Origin: Utricularia gibba
Taxonomy: Eukaryota > Plantae > Magnoliophyta
NCBI GenBank assembly: GCA_002189035.1
Contig: CM007992.1
Span: 2,976,001-3,040,000, forward strand
DNA: 64,000 nucleotides
Reading direction: 5' to 3'
In this document: positions 10,893-23,236 of the stretch, piece after piece
Layout: every line of letters begins with the position of its first letter
How positions within the stretch are numbered: the stretch's first letter is position 1
Made by a program: the position numbers and the translations under genes
Notes under the pieces: generated by a model
Databases searched by the model: none
Told to the model about the DNA's origin: nothing
What the model saw: the letters and a program-made list of their open reading frames with translations, nothing else

Positions 10893-12029
10893 ATGGCTGG
10901 AAGGAATCGTTTTCATCGTGAAGTGTATGATTTCCGTCGTGGTTATCCCCCTGATATCTCTGTTGTTGGCGCTCCATCGGCTCGGCCTCATCCTCCTCAT
11001 CATGCTTTACTAGAGGAAGAACTTGAAATTCGACATGTTGAACTGTGCAGACTTCTGGGAGAAAATCGAAGATTAGTAGAGGATAGAATTGCTTTAGATA
11101 GAGAGTTAGGAGCTGCCGGAGAAGAATTACGCCGCATGAATCATGCAATTGCTGAAATGCGTGCAGAGCAAGAAGCCCAATCTAGGGAGCTTTTTGAAAG
11201 GTGCCGGAAGATGGAGGTTGATTTAGGTGCAGCTGAACCTCTGAAAAGTGAGGTTGCACAGCTGCGAGCTGAGGTGCAGAGATTGAACGCCATTAAGCAG
11301 GATTTGTATGGAAAGTTGCAAACCATGACACCTGAACTTGAAAAACTGAGGATTGAGAATAATCAGTTGCCTGTATTGAGGTCTGAGATAGACGGGCTTC
11401 ACCAGGAGCTATTGCGTGCTAGGTTGGTTAACTCTATTTTTTTAGACATGTATGTTTTGTTCAAATTTAGTTTATAACTCCTGATTAGCTGTATCATCTC
11501 TTTTTAGCTTCCGCTGCTTACCTTTTTCATACTCACAGAAGTGCCATTGACTATGAAAAGAATGCAAATATTCATCTGATGGAGCAACGGCAGGCATTGG
11601 AGAATAACATGGTTGCCATGGCGCATGAATTAGAAAAGCTTCGTGCTGACCATGCAAATTCTGGTGGAAGATCTTGGAGTCAAGGTCTGCATATGTTAAT
11701 GATTGTATTCTAGATGGACTTTGAGCTGTGCACGCCATCTATACTTATTTAGGAGAAAAAACATCTCTTAATGGTTTTTGGTTGGTAAGGTGGAAGTCAA
11801 GCGTTGGCATATGGCAATACCACTTCTAACTTTCCCAGCTCACATGCAAGTGGATATGGGATTCGCCAGGTAAGTTTTTAGTGTTTAAATTTCTACTATA
11901 TATATATTTTTTTCCTATAGTTGATGAATTATTAATTTTCTTCAGGTGGAAGTAGACAAAGCGTCTTTTTACAGCACAGGCTCTGCATCCTGGGGAAACT
12001 ATGAAAATGTATGGTTGGGACGCCGTTGA
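10893..12029 (+). CDS. FLXL3: FLC EXPRESSOR-like coiled-coil protein (FLX-like 3), 4 coding exons
   Basis: Exons 10893-11422, 11539-11684, 11790-11869, 11946-12029 join in frame via GT-AG introns. MAGRNR...LEEELEIRHVELCRLLGENRRLVEDRIALDREL...RSAIDYEK...MEQRQALENNMVAMAHELEKLRA. 5' UTR intron 10466-10881. Confidence 0.88.
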
Positions 12030-15000
12030 GATGTTGGCAGAAATGTGATAAATCCAGCTGCCCTCACTGATATCATCCTTTAAGTTCACCGTGGTACATC
12101 CAATGGTATAGTTGTGCACTACTCGCTGAATTGAAGCCCCTGTTTTTTTATTTCCTTTAATTTCATGGTATTAAAGCTGTTGAACAATTCAATTGTACCT
12201 CTTATGCCTTTTCCAATATTTATCTCTCTCCCATGTGAAGTGAACTATTTTTCATTTCACTGTGACGGATTGAATTGCATTTCAAGCTGCTTGGTCAGGT
12301 TTCGTGGTAGCTTTGTCACCTAAAGAGTTAAAGATTAGGTTTTAGTTGTTCAGATCTTGTGGCAGGACTAGTATATAGATGCTGCTGATACAAGAAGTGC
12401 ATGCGGGTATGAGGACTGTATTGTGCCTATTTTCTGAGTGAAGATTTTTGAAATTATATGTTTGAACGACAATCAGGTAAAATAATAAAGTTTCTCAGTG
12501 GACTCCTAGAATCCTTTTTCTAGGGTAAACTATCAATTTCCACCGAAGAGCTTTACCTTGAGTATCACGCAGATGAGAGCCCACAGTGTGTCTCCTGATT
12601 TATAGTATCTGCTAAAGACCAGCTACCACTTCTTTAATGTGTTTGTCGTATGAGTCTTTGTGTGGTCGTTGATTCAGAGCAGCATCATGACTCCAGCTTG
12701 ATGATCTCTATTCATCATCTCACATGCCCGTTGATTTAAATTTGCTTTGAATGTGTTCATAGATACGATGTTTTCAGAGCTTTCCCTCTTAGATTATGAA
12801 ATGGATGTTGAATGGGCATTTTGGTTGGTTTCGCATTGACATCTATGGGTCAGTTGGTATTGGTAACCTCTGCCTTGTCATTTTTCTTCTCCTTTTTGTA
12901 CTTACCTTTTAGAAAATATGTTTCTATAGTCTATCTTTTTAAGCATCTTCTCTTGGTTTATGTTTGATAGCAGTAAATTGTCCCAGTTTTCCGTATTGGT
13001 TGGCAGCGATGAAAAAATTTCCTCTGGGGTTACAAGGCTTCTTCCTAAGTTGGACCTTAGTTAAATGCTAATGCTGGGTTAAGAACAAAAATGCAATTTT
13101 TTGAAATTGTTTGTTCTGCATGGAACTCATTCTCTGATTTCAAAGCTGGATTGTTTAAGGCTTTTGATGCTAGATAACATGCAGACAGGGGTTTGCATTT
13201 GGATTTAAGAAGTTGAAAAATTAATTTCTCTGCGTGCTTTAACATTGCAAGATCAGTGTTACAAAAGTTTCCTCATCAATCAGATGCTAGCTTAGTTAGA
13301 ATTTGTGGCCATCTGAATAGAAAGGATGTACGATCCAAATCTTTGTTCTAATTCAACAATTGATCGGTTGGTGTTACAAAAGTTTAGGGAGGGGCATTTT
13401 CAAGTTTCCTTTCCTTCGTTTCCTGAATACCGTTAGTTGATGCATCTACTATTCATTTGCGGTTCCATAGTGCTTTAGCATGATTCTATAACTCAAGGAA
13501 TGATGATCAAGAGCTGCTGCCTGAAAATGCCTAACCTCCTTTTAGGCAAGTTCCTTTTTGGGCGCTGTGTTTCTTGGCTGCATCACTTTCAGTCTATTCG
13601 TTTTGGCCAGGGCATTCAAATATTGACTATAGCTACGTTCCTTATGAATTGATTTATATTCTTCGTGCTATTGTCCATTTGGTTGTTTCGTACTACCCTG
13701 GGTGCTTTCCATTGATTTTGCGAAACTTGATGCACTGGACAAGTTACTTTCTCATGACCGCCTGACATATTCCAAATGATTAATGTCTGTCTTGTTTTTA
13801 ATCTTGCGAGAGATCAAAAGATTGTATTTCGTAGGTGAAAAGTGAAGGCAAGTTCCTAGAGCAGTATCTTTTCCTTTAAATATCTTTAATAGCACCAGCA
13901 TGTGAACTAGTAGGGGTATTTTCTGTAGAAAGACCCTAGATGGATGTTTTATTCTGGATCCATGGGTAGCAGTTGTTAGAGAATGTTGTGAAGAAGACCC
14001 AAACATTCAGGCAGACCAAATATTCTTACCTAGCATGTTGACCATGTGCTTCCTCTCGACTGCAGCAGCAAAGTTTCATTGGGTATCTTTCAGTGAACAT
14101 GGCTTGTATATTTCTATCCGATTTTGGTTTATCTGTTCCTTTAGGGTCTTAGGTAAGTTATTTAAGGATTGTGTAATGAGCTTCACTAGCTTGAAGAATC
14201 AGAAGACATCGACTGTGAGTGCACAATTGACTGTATGCTCATTAACTGAGGTTCTGTACCGTGATCTTGTACTTGCGCATGTGTAGATTGTTGGTGATTA
14301 TCACTGCGTTCTAGGTATTGAGTTAATCTACATCACATCGATCCCTGGTCATATTGTTTTGGACGTATCCTGCTTTTAGTTTTATTTGTCAAATATTAGG
14401 ATCGTTACCTTCTCTTCAGCCATCTTCCTACTTAGTTATTACCTATAGTATTTTTAATACATCTTGGGGAGTAATGCACGACAAGGGACTTTATAGCAAG
14501 GTCTTTGAAACGTAGTTTGCATTCTGTTGTTGATTGCATCATCTCATCCACCATTGCCTGTAAAAAGGGTGTTGCATAGAATTGCAGCTGGGTCGTGTTA
14601 TATTTCACCTATATTACTATGTTTATGTTTGTCTTGCTAATTATTGTTCGATGATATATCTCATCCACCATTGAACGTTGGGTTATGCCTGAGACCTATT
14701 TTCTGTGGTTTGGGTGCAGATCATTTAATATGAGCGGCTTCACTCCCCACATGTGAGATAAATCCTTCAGGTAAGGTAATTCCTCCCTAATTCTAAAGGC
14801 ATCCCCGGGAGTGCATAGTTTTTGTTTTTGATGGCTTTCTTTTCTTTTCTTTTCTTCAGCTTGGATCTCATTATATGTTCGAAATGTGTATCCACTATAT
14901 TATTTCTTGATGTTCCAATCTTCCATGCCTGAATCCTCATCCCGAACTTGTGGAAGAGCTTGCGAGGTCCAAGTTTATACTTTCTAGTCGTCTTTTTCAG

Positions 15001-15227
15001 GTGAATTGTCATCTAATGGGCTTGATACCAATCATATGTGACCTGCTGACCAGCTTTTCACTGGGGTGCAGGTGAATTATCTGATCTCTCAAGTTGATCC
15101 TCATATATACCTAATTTTGATAGAAATTTTGCAGCAAACAAGTACACATGATGCAAGCTACTTCTCCGAGTCCACCGTCCAACGCATTACAGACTCTTGG
15201 TCTCTCCCATTAATGCTGGCATTGCCC

Positions 15228-18195
15228 TCAGTTCTTGCTCCCAGCATCCAAACCAGTTCCGCCCACTTGACCGAAAGCCATGCGATCACCTTCGAGAATC
15301 CGAAGCACCTGAAGATGATGACACATCAGACTAAACACTCTTCTTAACAAGTGCAGCAGCACTTGAAGCAGCATAGGATTCTCACCTGCGACATCCGCGG
15401 CCGCGCCAAAGGATCCCGACTCAAGCTCAAAGATGCAGCATGCATCATGGAGAGAACCTCCTGCTCACAGAAAGCGGTCCCTAGAAATGGATCTATCATC
15501 TCTTTGAAAGCTCGAGCTTCAAGTAATGGTCGTGCCTGCAACACCCTCATTAATCAATCTCTCAAGAGCCGTGTACAACTCTTGCTGTGTTAGTAACAGA
15601 TGATAGCTGCTTACCCACTCTGTAAGACACTGTTGGCCCTTCGGCCTGTTGAAATCAACAGCTTTCAATCCTGTCACAAGCTCCACTAAAACAACTCCAA
15701 ACGAGTACACATCGGCCTTTTCAGTTATCTGGCCACTTTGAGCATACTCTGGAGCTAGGTACCTTTTGGAAGAAGAACATCATGTTATATATGCACCATC
15801 AGCAATAAGAATGAAGAGAATTGGATCATGTTATATACCCAAATGTTCCAATCACCCTTGTGTCCACTCCAGCTTCACCATCGGGTTGCCATCGGGCCAG
15901 GCCAAAATCTCCAACCTTTGCAACAAGGAGTGATGATTGAGGCAAGGAGCAGACAATCAAATAAATGTGACAGTTTGATGCCTCGTACCAATGGTTCAAA
16001 ATCATGGGTGATGAGGATATTGTTGGGCCGCATGTCACGATGCACAATGCAACCAACCCTGCATTCTTCATGAAGATATCGCAGTCCTCGTGCAGCCCCG
16101 ACAGCAATTTTTTGTCGTGCAGACCAGGAGAGTGTGCCTTGATTGCGCCCTGTTGCATGCTGTAAGAATAAGTGATCTATGTGCACAAGAATCGTGTTGT
16201 TGGGTGGGGAGAGGCATTACCGTAGAGATGGGAGTCTAGAGATCCGTTGCATACATATTCATAGACCAGCAATCTCCTGCCATCCTCGATGCAGAAGCCA
16301 ATCAGCATAACGACGTTACGGTGCTGAGCACAGCTCAGGACTTCGACTTCTGAGCAGAATTCTTGATCACCCTGGGAACTGGCCAACTTGTGCTGCTTCA
16401 CAGCGATTGCCTGACCATCCGGGAGAACTCCCCGATGGACTGAGCCGAACCCGCCTTCGGCCAAGAAACTAGACTGTGAAAAGCCACCGGTGGCAAGCTC
16501 CAGTTCAGCGAAGGTGAACCACCTTGGAGGCTTTCCAAAGACAGGTGCTTTATGTTGACATACAGAGCACAGGGGAGGGGATCCGAGGGGTGAAGCTCTT
16601 GAGACAGAAATCACATCTCTCAGTCTTCCGCTGAATTCAAGATTTGACTGGCGGTTAGGAGATTGAAAGCCATATTCGTCATCAAGTATACAGAGTTTTT
16701 CCAGCAGGGCTCTGGCGCTAGAGCTGTGAATATTACTGCTGGAACGAGCTGAGCCTTCACCAATATGATCTAGTGATTGGCATCTTGACATAACCATTTC
16801 AGCTCTCCATGGTTGAAATCGTAAACTTGAGGAAGAAGAAAGACTTTCATCAGTACCGGAACAATATTCTCCAATATCTTCATGCCTTGCAGATAAGGCT
16901 TCATCTTTCTTTATGCCGTTACGCAAACCATTCCTGGTGAATGGTGAAGTTCTAAGATCAGAACTTGACACAGATGAGGTTCCAGCTTCCGTTGCAGTAA
17001 ATGCATCAGGACTACAAGATGGGGTAACCGATGGCCCTTGAGTTGGATTCTTACAGTCTTTGCCTTCTTCAAGTTTTCTTGACAACTGCTTATTTTCAGA
17101 ACTCAAAGCCTCTGATTCCTTTTTGGGTGATCCAACTAGATGCAGCCGAAGAACTTTTGCTTGGGAGCGCTTCATGACAACAATATTACACTGAAGCTCT
17201 TCCATGCATCGTTTTTCCTCGAGCCTGAGGTGCCTGAACTTACATTTCAATAATAAGGAGGTGCTCCTTCCAGACAAAAAAAAATACAGGTTAGAGAAAC
17301 ATGAGGAGGATGTAAACCTGTCCAGAACAACCCAGTTAGCATGATTTTTCTTGGCCTCAGTCGCAACCGCTCCACAATGTGCTCCAGAAACGATTTTGAT
17401 CTTCACATTTATCTGAAAATTTAGAAAGAGCGAGCATTATATCCACCATCAGACACCTTTATGATAAGGAAGTTCGGCATCGCACTCCTCAAGCAAAACA
17501 CTTACTTTATTAGGATCATATACATCGTGAAGCTGGAGAATCATTTGGGAACATGAATCAGTCAGATCATTTTTCTGCTCTGCACTTGAACCAGATGAAG
17601 ACTTCCTGGTGCTACTTGCACAGTCTCCAGCGAATCTTGGGAAACCCCAAAGTCTTCTACCTGAATTCCCAGCAAAACAAACCAAATAATGAATATGGAG
17701 CTACATGGTAACATCATTCTAAAATCTGGAATGAGCAAGTGCAAGCATTAGCATGGTTTGGGTTGACAGTGTAGCCTTGACTGTTATGCAAGCAGCGTCT
17801 TAGGAAAAGGACAAATTTAAATGAAAATCAAGATTTAAAATCTACTTTAAACCCTGAGGAGACGAGGTATCTCAAGCCAAATACTAGTTTGAGTAATTAC
17901 TTGCACTGCAACAAGAATTTCAAATAAATTCAACCGCAAAGGTAGAGCTGAAAACCAGGTTACCGACAAAAGATTGGGCAGCATAAGAAACACCCACTAA
18001 ACGATTTTTACCTGAGGTTTGAGAAGAATCAACAACAAGAAGGGTAATGCAGTCTCCGGGCTGAACAACATGGGAAAGAGCCCAAACTAGAGCACTTTTG
18101 GGAATCTCTTTAGAAGCCTTAACGGCAACCACAACCTTCTCAGCCGCATCAGAATCCTTCTCCCTTTTCCCAGCTTTCTTCAATACTCTACTCAT
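15228..18195 (-). CDS. USP/adenine-nucleotide alpha-hydrolase-like domain receptor-like cytoplasmic kinase (annotated in many plants as 'inactive protein kinase'), 9 exons
   Basis: Exons 18195-18012, 17660-17506, 17412-17318, 17233-16221, 16149-15989, 15915-15839, 15762-15615, 15535-15386, 15308-15228. [29 protein letters not shown]; [30 protein letters not shown]; [41 protein letters not shown]. Confidence 0.93.
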
Positions 18196-19517
18196 TTCCA
18201 CAGCTGGAGTAGTCCTCACTGCTGCGCCAAATGCTCTAAAAATGAGACTTCTGACTTAAAATAGATAACTTCACTCGAGCACTACGTCAATATCTGCCTA
18301 CAACAAGAAATAAACGGTGCATTATTAGGCCTTTCAGCCCCCACCTCCAAGAATTTCTCCAAAGTGAAGCTGTTGGACAGATGAAGAACGCATGGTGAAA
18401 ATACATCTTTTAACCGAGTATTGGCATGCTTCAGAGGTAAATAAAGTCTCTTACACATTTTTTTTCCGTCCTTTCTTCCGATCAAGAAACTAAAATACTT
18501 GTGGGTTTGCGCTTAGTGAGGTAAATGTTCGTCCAGCCAGGTCCCTAGAATGATGCCCTGACAGCCATATGAAAGGGATGTTCAAAACAAGTATTTTTTT
18601 TTCAAGAATAAGGCTTAAATGTTGGGCACATGATATGTCTGAAGGAATACATACAATCATACAGATAATACAGCACACGCATACATTTTCACCCTGCGCA
18701 AGAAGCAACCTGCCAGGAAAGTCCCAGATTTTGAAAAAAAAAAAAGAAGAGAAAAGAAAAGAAAAGGGATGCTGTTCTACATTTGAAATCTAGGATACAA
18801 CGAGATGGAACACTGTAGATTTTCCATTCCAAAACATAAAGCATCTCTCTTTCCACCAGTAAGAGAAGAGAAGATAAGAGAAAAAAAAACCTGTGAACCT
18901 TGACTCGTACAAAACAGCAAATCTGAAAAAGACACCGGAGGAGTTGGGGTAGGGTTTAATGTAATTTATATATCTACCGAGTACCGACACGGCGCTCACT
19001 CTTTTGGACAAAGAACTAGCTTAGAATCCCGTCGATTCCCACGACACCCAAAAACAGGATACGCCGGAACTATGATTAGCAATTTGCTGGGAAGCTTGTC
19101 ATAGCACCCGCACCATTTCACGCTTCACTTTTACCCCACCATCAACACAGAAACAGCAAGGGAAAGAGACGTCCCAGGCCAGAGTCAATTGTTTCACGAG
19201 GGCGCTAAAATGTGAGAGACTGTGCGTGAAAGAGAGAGTGGTTAATTTTGTTGAACTTTCAAGTTAAAAAGAAGGCATCCAACCCCACCAACCCCCCAAT
19301 TTCCATGTGATGAACGCAATAACTACAGCACAATAACAACAGCAGACACCCAGATCAAGAAATTAATCGAGCATTAACTAGTGATGGCTTCTTCATCTTC
19401 AAGTGAGAAAAAAGCCTGCCTCGCTCATTACTCCTGGGTGGGCCGCCGATGAGGAACTTGAGCATTCCAACTCCGCTTAACCTTCACAACAACCCCCAAA
19501 CCCCATTGCGCAAGTTT

Positions 19518-19541
19518 GAAGAAGAAGAAGAAGAAGAAGAG
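19518..19541 (+). repeat. (GAA)8 microsatellite
   Basis: Perfect GAA run; reads as (TTC)n on the minus strand, typical of plant 5' leaders. Confidence 0.9.
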
Positions 19542-20944
19542 ACGAGATCTAGAAAAGCTGTCGAGTACAGAGCAGGGCGGGCGGGCAGGCAGAGAGAGTG
19601 GCGATGATCAAGATGTAAATGGGGACGGGCAAGAGCTTTATTACATACAAACTTGGTGGGGCCCACAATTCAAATTTGTCTCTAAACCTGATTACTATTT
19701 TGAAATACTATTATTTTTACACGCCCAACTTTCCGTTATATTCGGTTCATTTACTTGTCTAATTATGGGACTCTGTGTTTTAATCCTAAACTCCAAAATT
19801 GTAGTGCCGAGTTTCCTTTTTTTAGTCATAACATACCTAATCTACCCCTTAATTTAAAAACGTGATTTTTTTTTGTTTAAAATAGATTTATAATTTTTAG
19901 TAATATTTTTTTAACCTGATTTAGAAAATTCGTCCCTATTATTTTTTATGTTACGTAAAGATAAAAAAAATACAAATACGATATCTATTTTTTTTTTCAT
20001 ACAGATAACCATTTTAATAATTTATTTTTATTTTTGAAAATATATTAAAGAAGTAGTCATTCCTTATGAATGTGCGATAAAAATTGTGGGGATGGCTTGA
20101 TTTTGAAAGCATGAAAATTAGAGTTACTATGCACATACCATGGGAAGACAGATGGAACCTAAATACTGCTTTAATTAATTGTGTATATAGAATGAAATAT
20201 GTTTATGTTTAATGAATTGTACATAAGATAAATATGTTTTAAAAGTTTCATCCAATTATGTATTTATTATTACAAAAGTATAAGGTAAAAATGTAAAATG
20301 AATAACAAATTATATAAATCCTGTTAGTATTAGCAAACATATGATTTTTTATATACTTATTAGCATTTTTTCACATCATATTAACTACCAAGCTCATTAA
20401 TGATTTATTATTATTATTTTTAAATGTAATTTACATTATGGTTTTGTTAAAAAAAGGCTTATAATTTCTGGTACATTTTTTACTGTTTTTTAGACGGTAA
20501 AATAGTTTCCACGTGGCCTGTTGACTAGAGGTCCCGAGGGTCCAGAACTGCCCGCGGGCAGCTGGGTCATCATCATTTATGTCTGTTGACAACAAAATTC
20601 AAGGATATCTTTTTATATGAAAACCAATTTCCCAAGAGCTAATATTTCATAAAACACAACATGCATAGATTTTTGCTAATTGGAATCCAAATTATTGAAA
20701 AAATAAATATTATTTTGTAATTTGGAAGATTTTATTTCGATCTACAAACATTAAAAACGTTAATATTTTGTTACAAACTCGACTTTAAAACTATGTTTTC
20801 AGATGAAAATTAAAAATCAGATTGGTATGGGATCAACTCAGTTCAAAATCTAGTTTTCATGGGTCGATTATGTGATTAAATAAGAGATTAATTAAAAAAT
20901 TATACTATTCAATTTTATCTATTCTAAAAAGCAATACATGTATA

Positions 20945-21099
20945 TAATAACATTAAATTATATAATAATTTAATATATTAAACTTTACAATATATATTTT
21001 ATTATTAAATTTTATAATATAATTTTATATCATCACATAAAACAACTTTAAAATTTTAAATTGATTCTATTAACATAATTTTAAAACTGATTTTATTCT
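20945..21099 (-). mobile_element. AT-rich MITE-like family 2, copy 2
   Basis: Reverse complement AGAATAAAATCAGTTTTAAAATTATGTTAATAGAATCAATTTAAAATTTT...GATATAAAATTATATTATA matches 3873-3960. Confidence 0.5.
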
Positions 21100-21895
21100 A
21101 ATGTTGATAAGAAGGGGGCACTGCAGTGCACTTGTTACTGTGCCTACTCCTCCTCTAATTGATTGTAACCGCCACCAAGTCACCTTGTAGCACATTAAAT
21201 AATGGATACCGTATCTAAAAAATTATTATTATCAATTATTACTATTATTGATGTTGGGAATAATTAAGTCCATTGAATAAAGCATAGTGAAAATTATTCG
21301 AGAGTATATTTTTTAATTTAATGCATGCTTTTTTTTATTCAGAAGGAATAAATAGAAGGTGGGGCCACGTGCGTGAAAATGATTGCTGCATGCCCGGCCC
21401 CACCTCTCTTTTTTAAAATAATATTTATCAGCGTGATGAATTAAATGCCTAGGCCTACTTACCCGAACCAAAATTTTCAAAATCCGGACTGGAGGGCGCA
21501 CGTTCTGAAAACCTTGCTGCTACTGTAGCTGCAGGTAAAGACAAGTGTTGGATCGTGTCCTGAAGGGCGCGGCCCCTTGGTTAACTTGCGTGCAATGGTT
21601 TGTGTCTCCCTGGGGACAACTCTTATCATGCATCGTCTGTACAGGGAGGAATATGCTGCTTCGATTCATGGCTCACGTGGCGTAGACCCCATTCCCACGA
21701 GGGGTCGTGTATCGCCATTACGGTGTGGATTGGATTCAAATGAAGTTGAATCCATGTGTCGGATTCAGTTCCAACTCTGCAACTCCAACCAACCCATGAT
21801 TGTGTTGTAATCAGTTTGATTGAAAGTTGGGATTAGGAAAAGCTGGTTTAAAGACAAGCTGGTTTTCGATGGGGGGATCTAACATCAGCGATGTG

Positions 21896-22954
21896 TTAGT
21901 GGGGAACCTTGAGAACAGGAAGAGGAGTATCGTGTGCGGCGGGGATGACTGGGAAATCCTCTAACTTGCAGTCAATGGTTGGGGAAACTGTGTTGGAGAT
22001 GAGGTTCAGCAGGACCTGTTCAAGCTGGGCTCCGTCGCTCCATTCATGAATTGAAGCTTGGATGTGGCTCCTGTTTTGGGAGATCAGATCCCAGACGGGA
22101 AAATGTTTCCTCGGCAACATGAAATCATCTTCTGTCAGTTTCAGGGTTGGGCAGAAGTCCCCTGTTCCATCTCCGAGATATATGATCTTTTTCTTGTTCC
22201 CTTCTTTCGCGAGTGATGCTTGAATCCTCTCTATGATCAACCCCTTTTCACCAAAACAGCATCAGTATACTTATTTAAGTTTAAGTGCTCTGTAACGAAT
22301 GCTTTATGAAACTGTGCATGTACCTTGCACATGTTGGGAGGGCAGCGGGGCAGCCATGGGGAGAAGTGGTGAAATCGATGTAGGGGGAGATTCTAACTCT
22401 TCCTTCCTCATCAACATAGCCAGGATTTGTGTTGATTTCTGAGAACAAATCCCTGATCCCGAGATGTTCAAGGAGGGTTTCAATGAAGAAGAGATTCGCG
22501 TCGCTCACTACTCTCAAATCACATCTGAACATCACAAACACCATCACCATTGCCAATAATTACAAATCATGAAGTAAGGAAGACAAGAAGAAACAGCTTT
22601 TTTAGTTAGTTACCCTAGAGAATGGGCTTTCTTGATTGCGGGAACAATTCTGGGATGAATGGGAGTTCTTTCCAACACTCGTTTGATATCATCCACACTT
22701 TTCCCGTTCAAATGCAACTCCCTCATCATTCTATCCTGTAAACATCACGAAAAGTTACAAAGAAGAAGATTCGACCTTGAAACTCTGCAGAAACAGAACA
22801 AAATCGAGAGCTTTACCATCAATGTGTTCCAAGGCATGGTGGGTCGCAACTGATCGAACAAATCGGTGAAACCCAGTTCATTAATGACCCAGTTATCACT
22901 ATCAACATTGATAATCGTCTTGTCAAAATCGAAAACCACCACAATACCAGCCAT
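21896..22954 (-). CDS. HAD-family phosphatase, PS2/PECP1 (phosphoethanolamine/phosphocholine or PPi phosphatase) type, 4 exons; apparent 1-bp frameshift in exon 3
   Basis: Exons 22954-22817, 22735-22614, 22524-22324, 22243-21896. MAGIVVVFDFDKTII (DxDxT), CDLRVVSDANLFFIETLL, EINTNP, IYLGDGTGDFCP. HGCP(R)CPPNMCKG is restored only by adding one C at the run 22347-22350. Confidence 0.93.
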
Positions 22955-23022
22955 TTGCAGAGACCTCCACTTCTCAGAAAAACCAAGTATTGCGCTTGAA
23001 TTCCCAATGTGGGGGGTAGTCC

Positions 23023-23029
23023 TTATATA
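23023..23029 (-). promoter_or_regulatory. TATA box of the PS2/PECP1-type gene
   Basis: CTATATAAG on the minus strand, about 70 nt upstream of the ATG. Confidence 0.65.
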
Positions 23030-23228
23030 GAAACAATGGGGGTTGCGGGAATTCGAATACGCCAAGTTCATGCCTGGAATATTACCCTTGGGATGGAGAC
23101 TGGAGATGCGCTATGGCGATTCGAAGGGGAAATCCACCTTTTTCCCATGACGGATGATCCCCACCGTCGGTACACGATCCAACGGTAAATACCCGTCTTC
23201 CCTTTTTCTGGGAAATCCTGCAAAAAGC

Positions 23229-23236
23229 GAATATTC
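23229..23236. promoter_or_regulatory. P1BS (PHR1-binding, GNATATNC) element
   Basis: GAATATTC about 200 nt upstream of the TATA box of a gene from a known phosphate-starvation-induced family. The motif alone is common by chance; the context supports it. Confidence 0.55.

Noticed and set aside
12570-12730. Possible H/ACA or short C/D snoRNA folds
   Set aside because: The second hairpin and ACA placement are poor, and the minus-strand C/D spacing is only about 50 nt.
13494-13560. AAGGAA-TGATGA...TTCCTT C-box with terminal stem
   Set aside because: No D box next to the 3' stem and no recognisable guide.
18282-18460. 58-aa upstream ORF (MCKRLYLPLK...) before the kinase ATG
   Set aside because: A good acceptor at about 18293-18297 suggests most of it is intronic; no resemblance to conserved-peptide uORFs I know.
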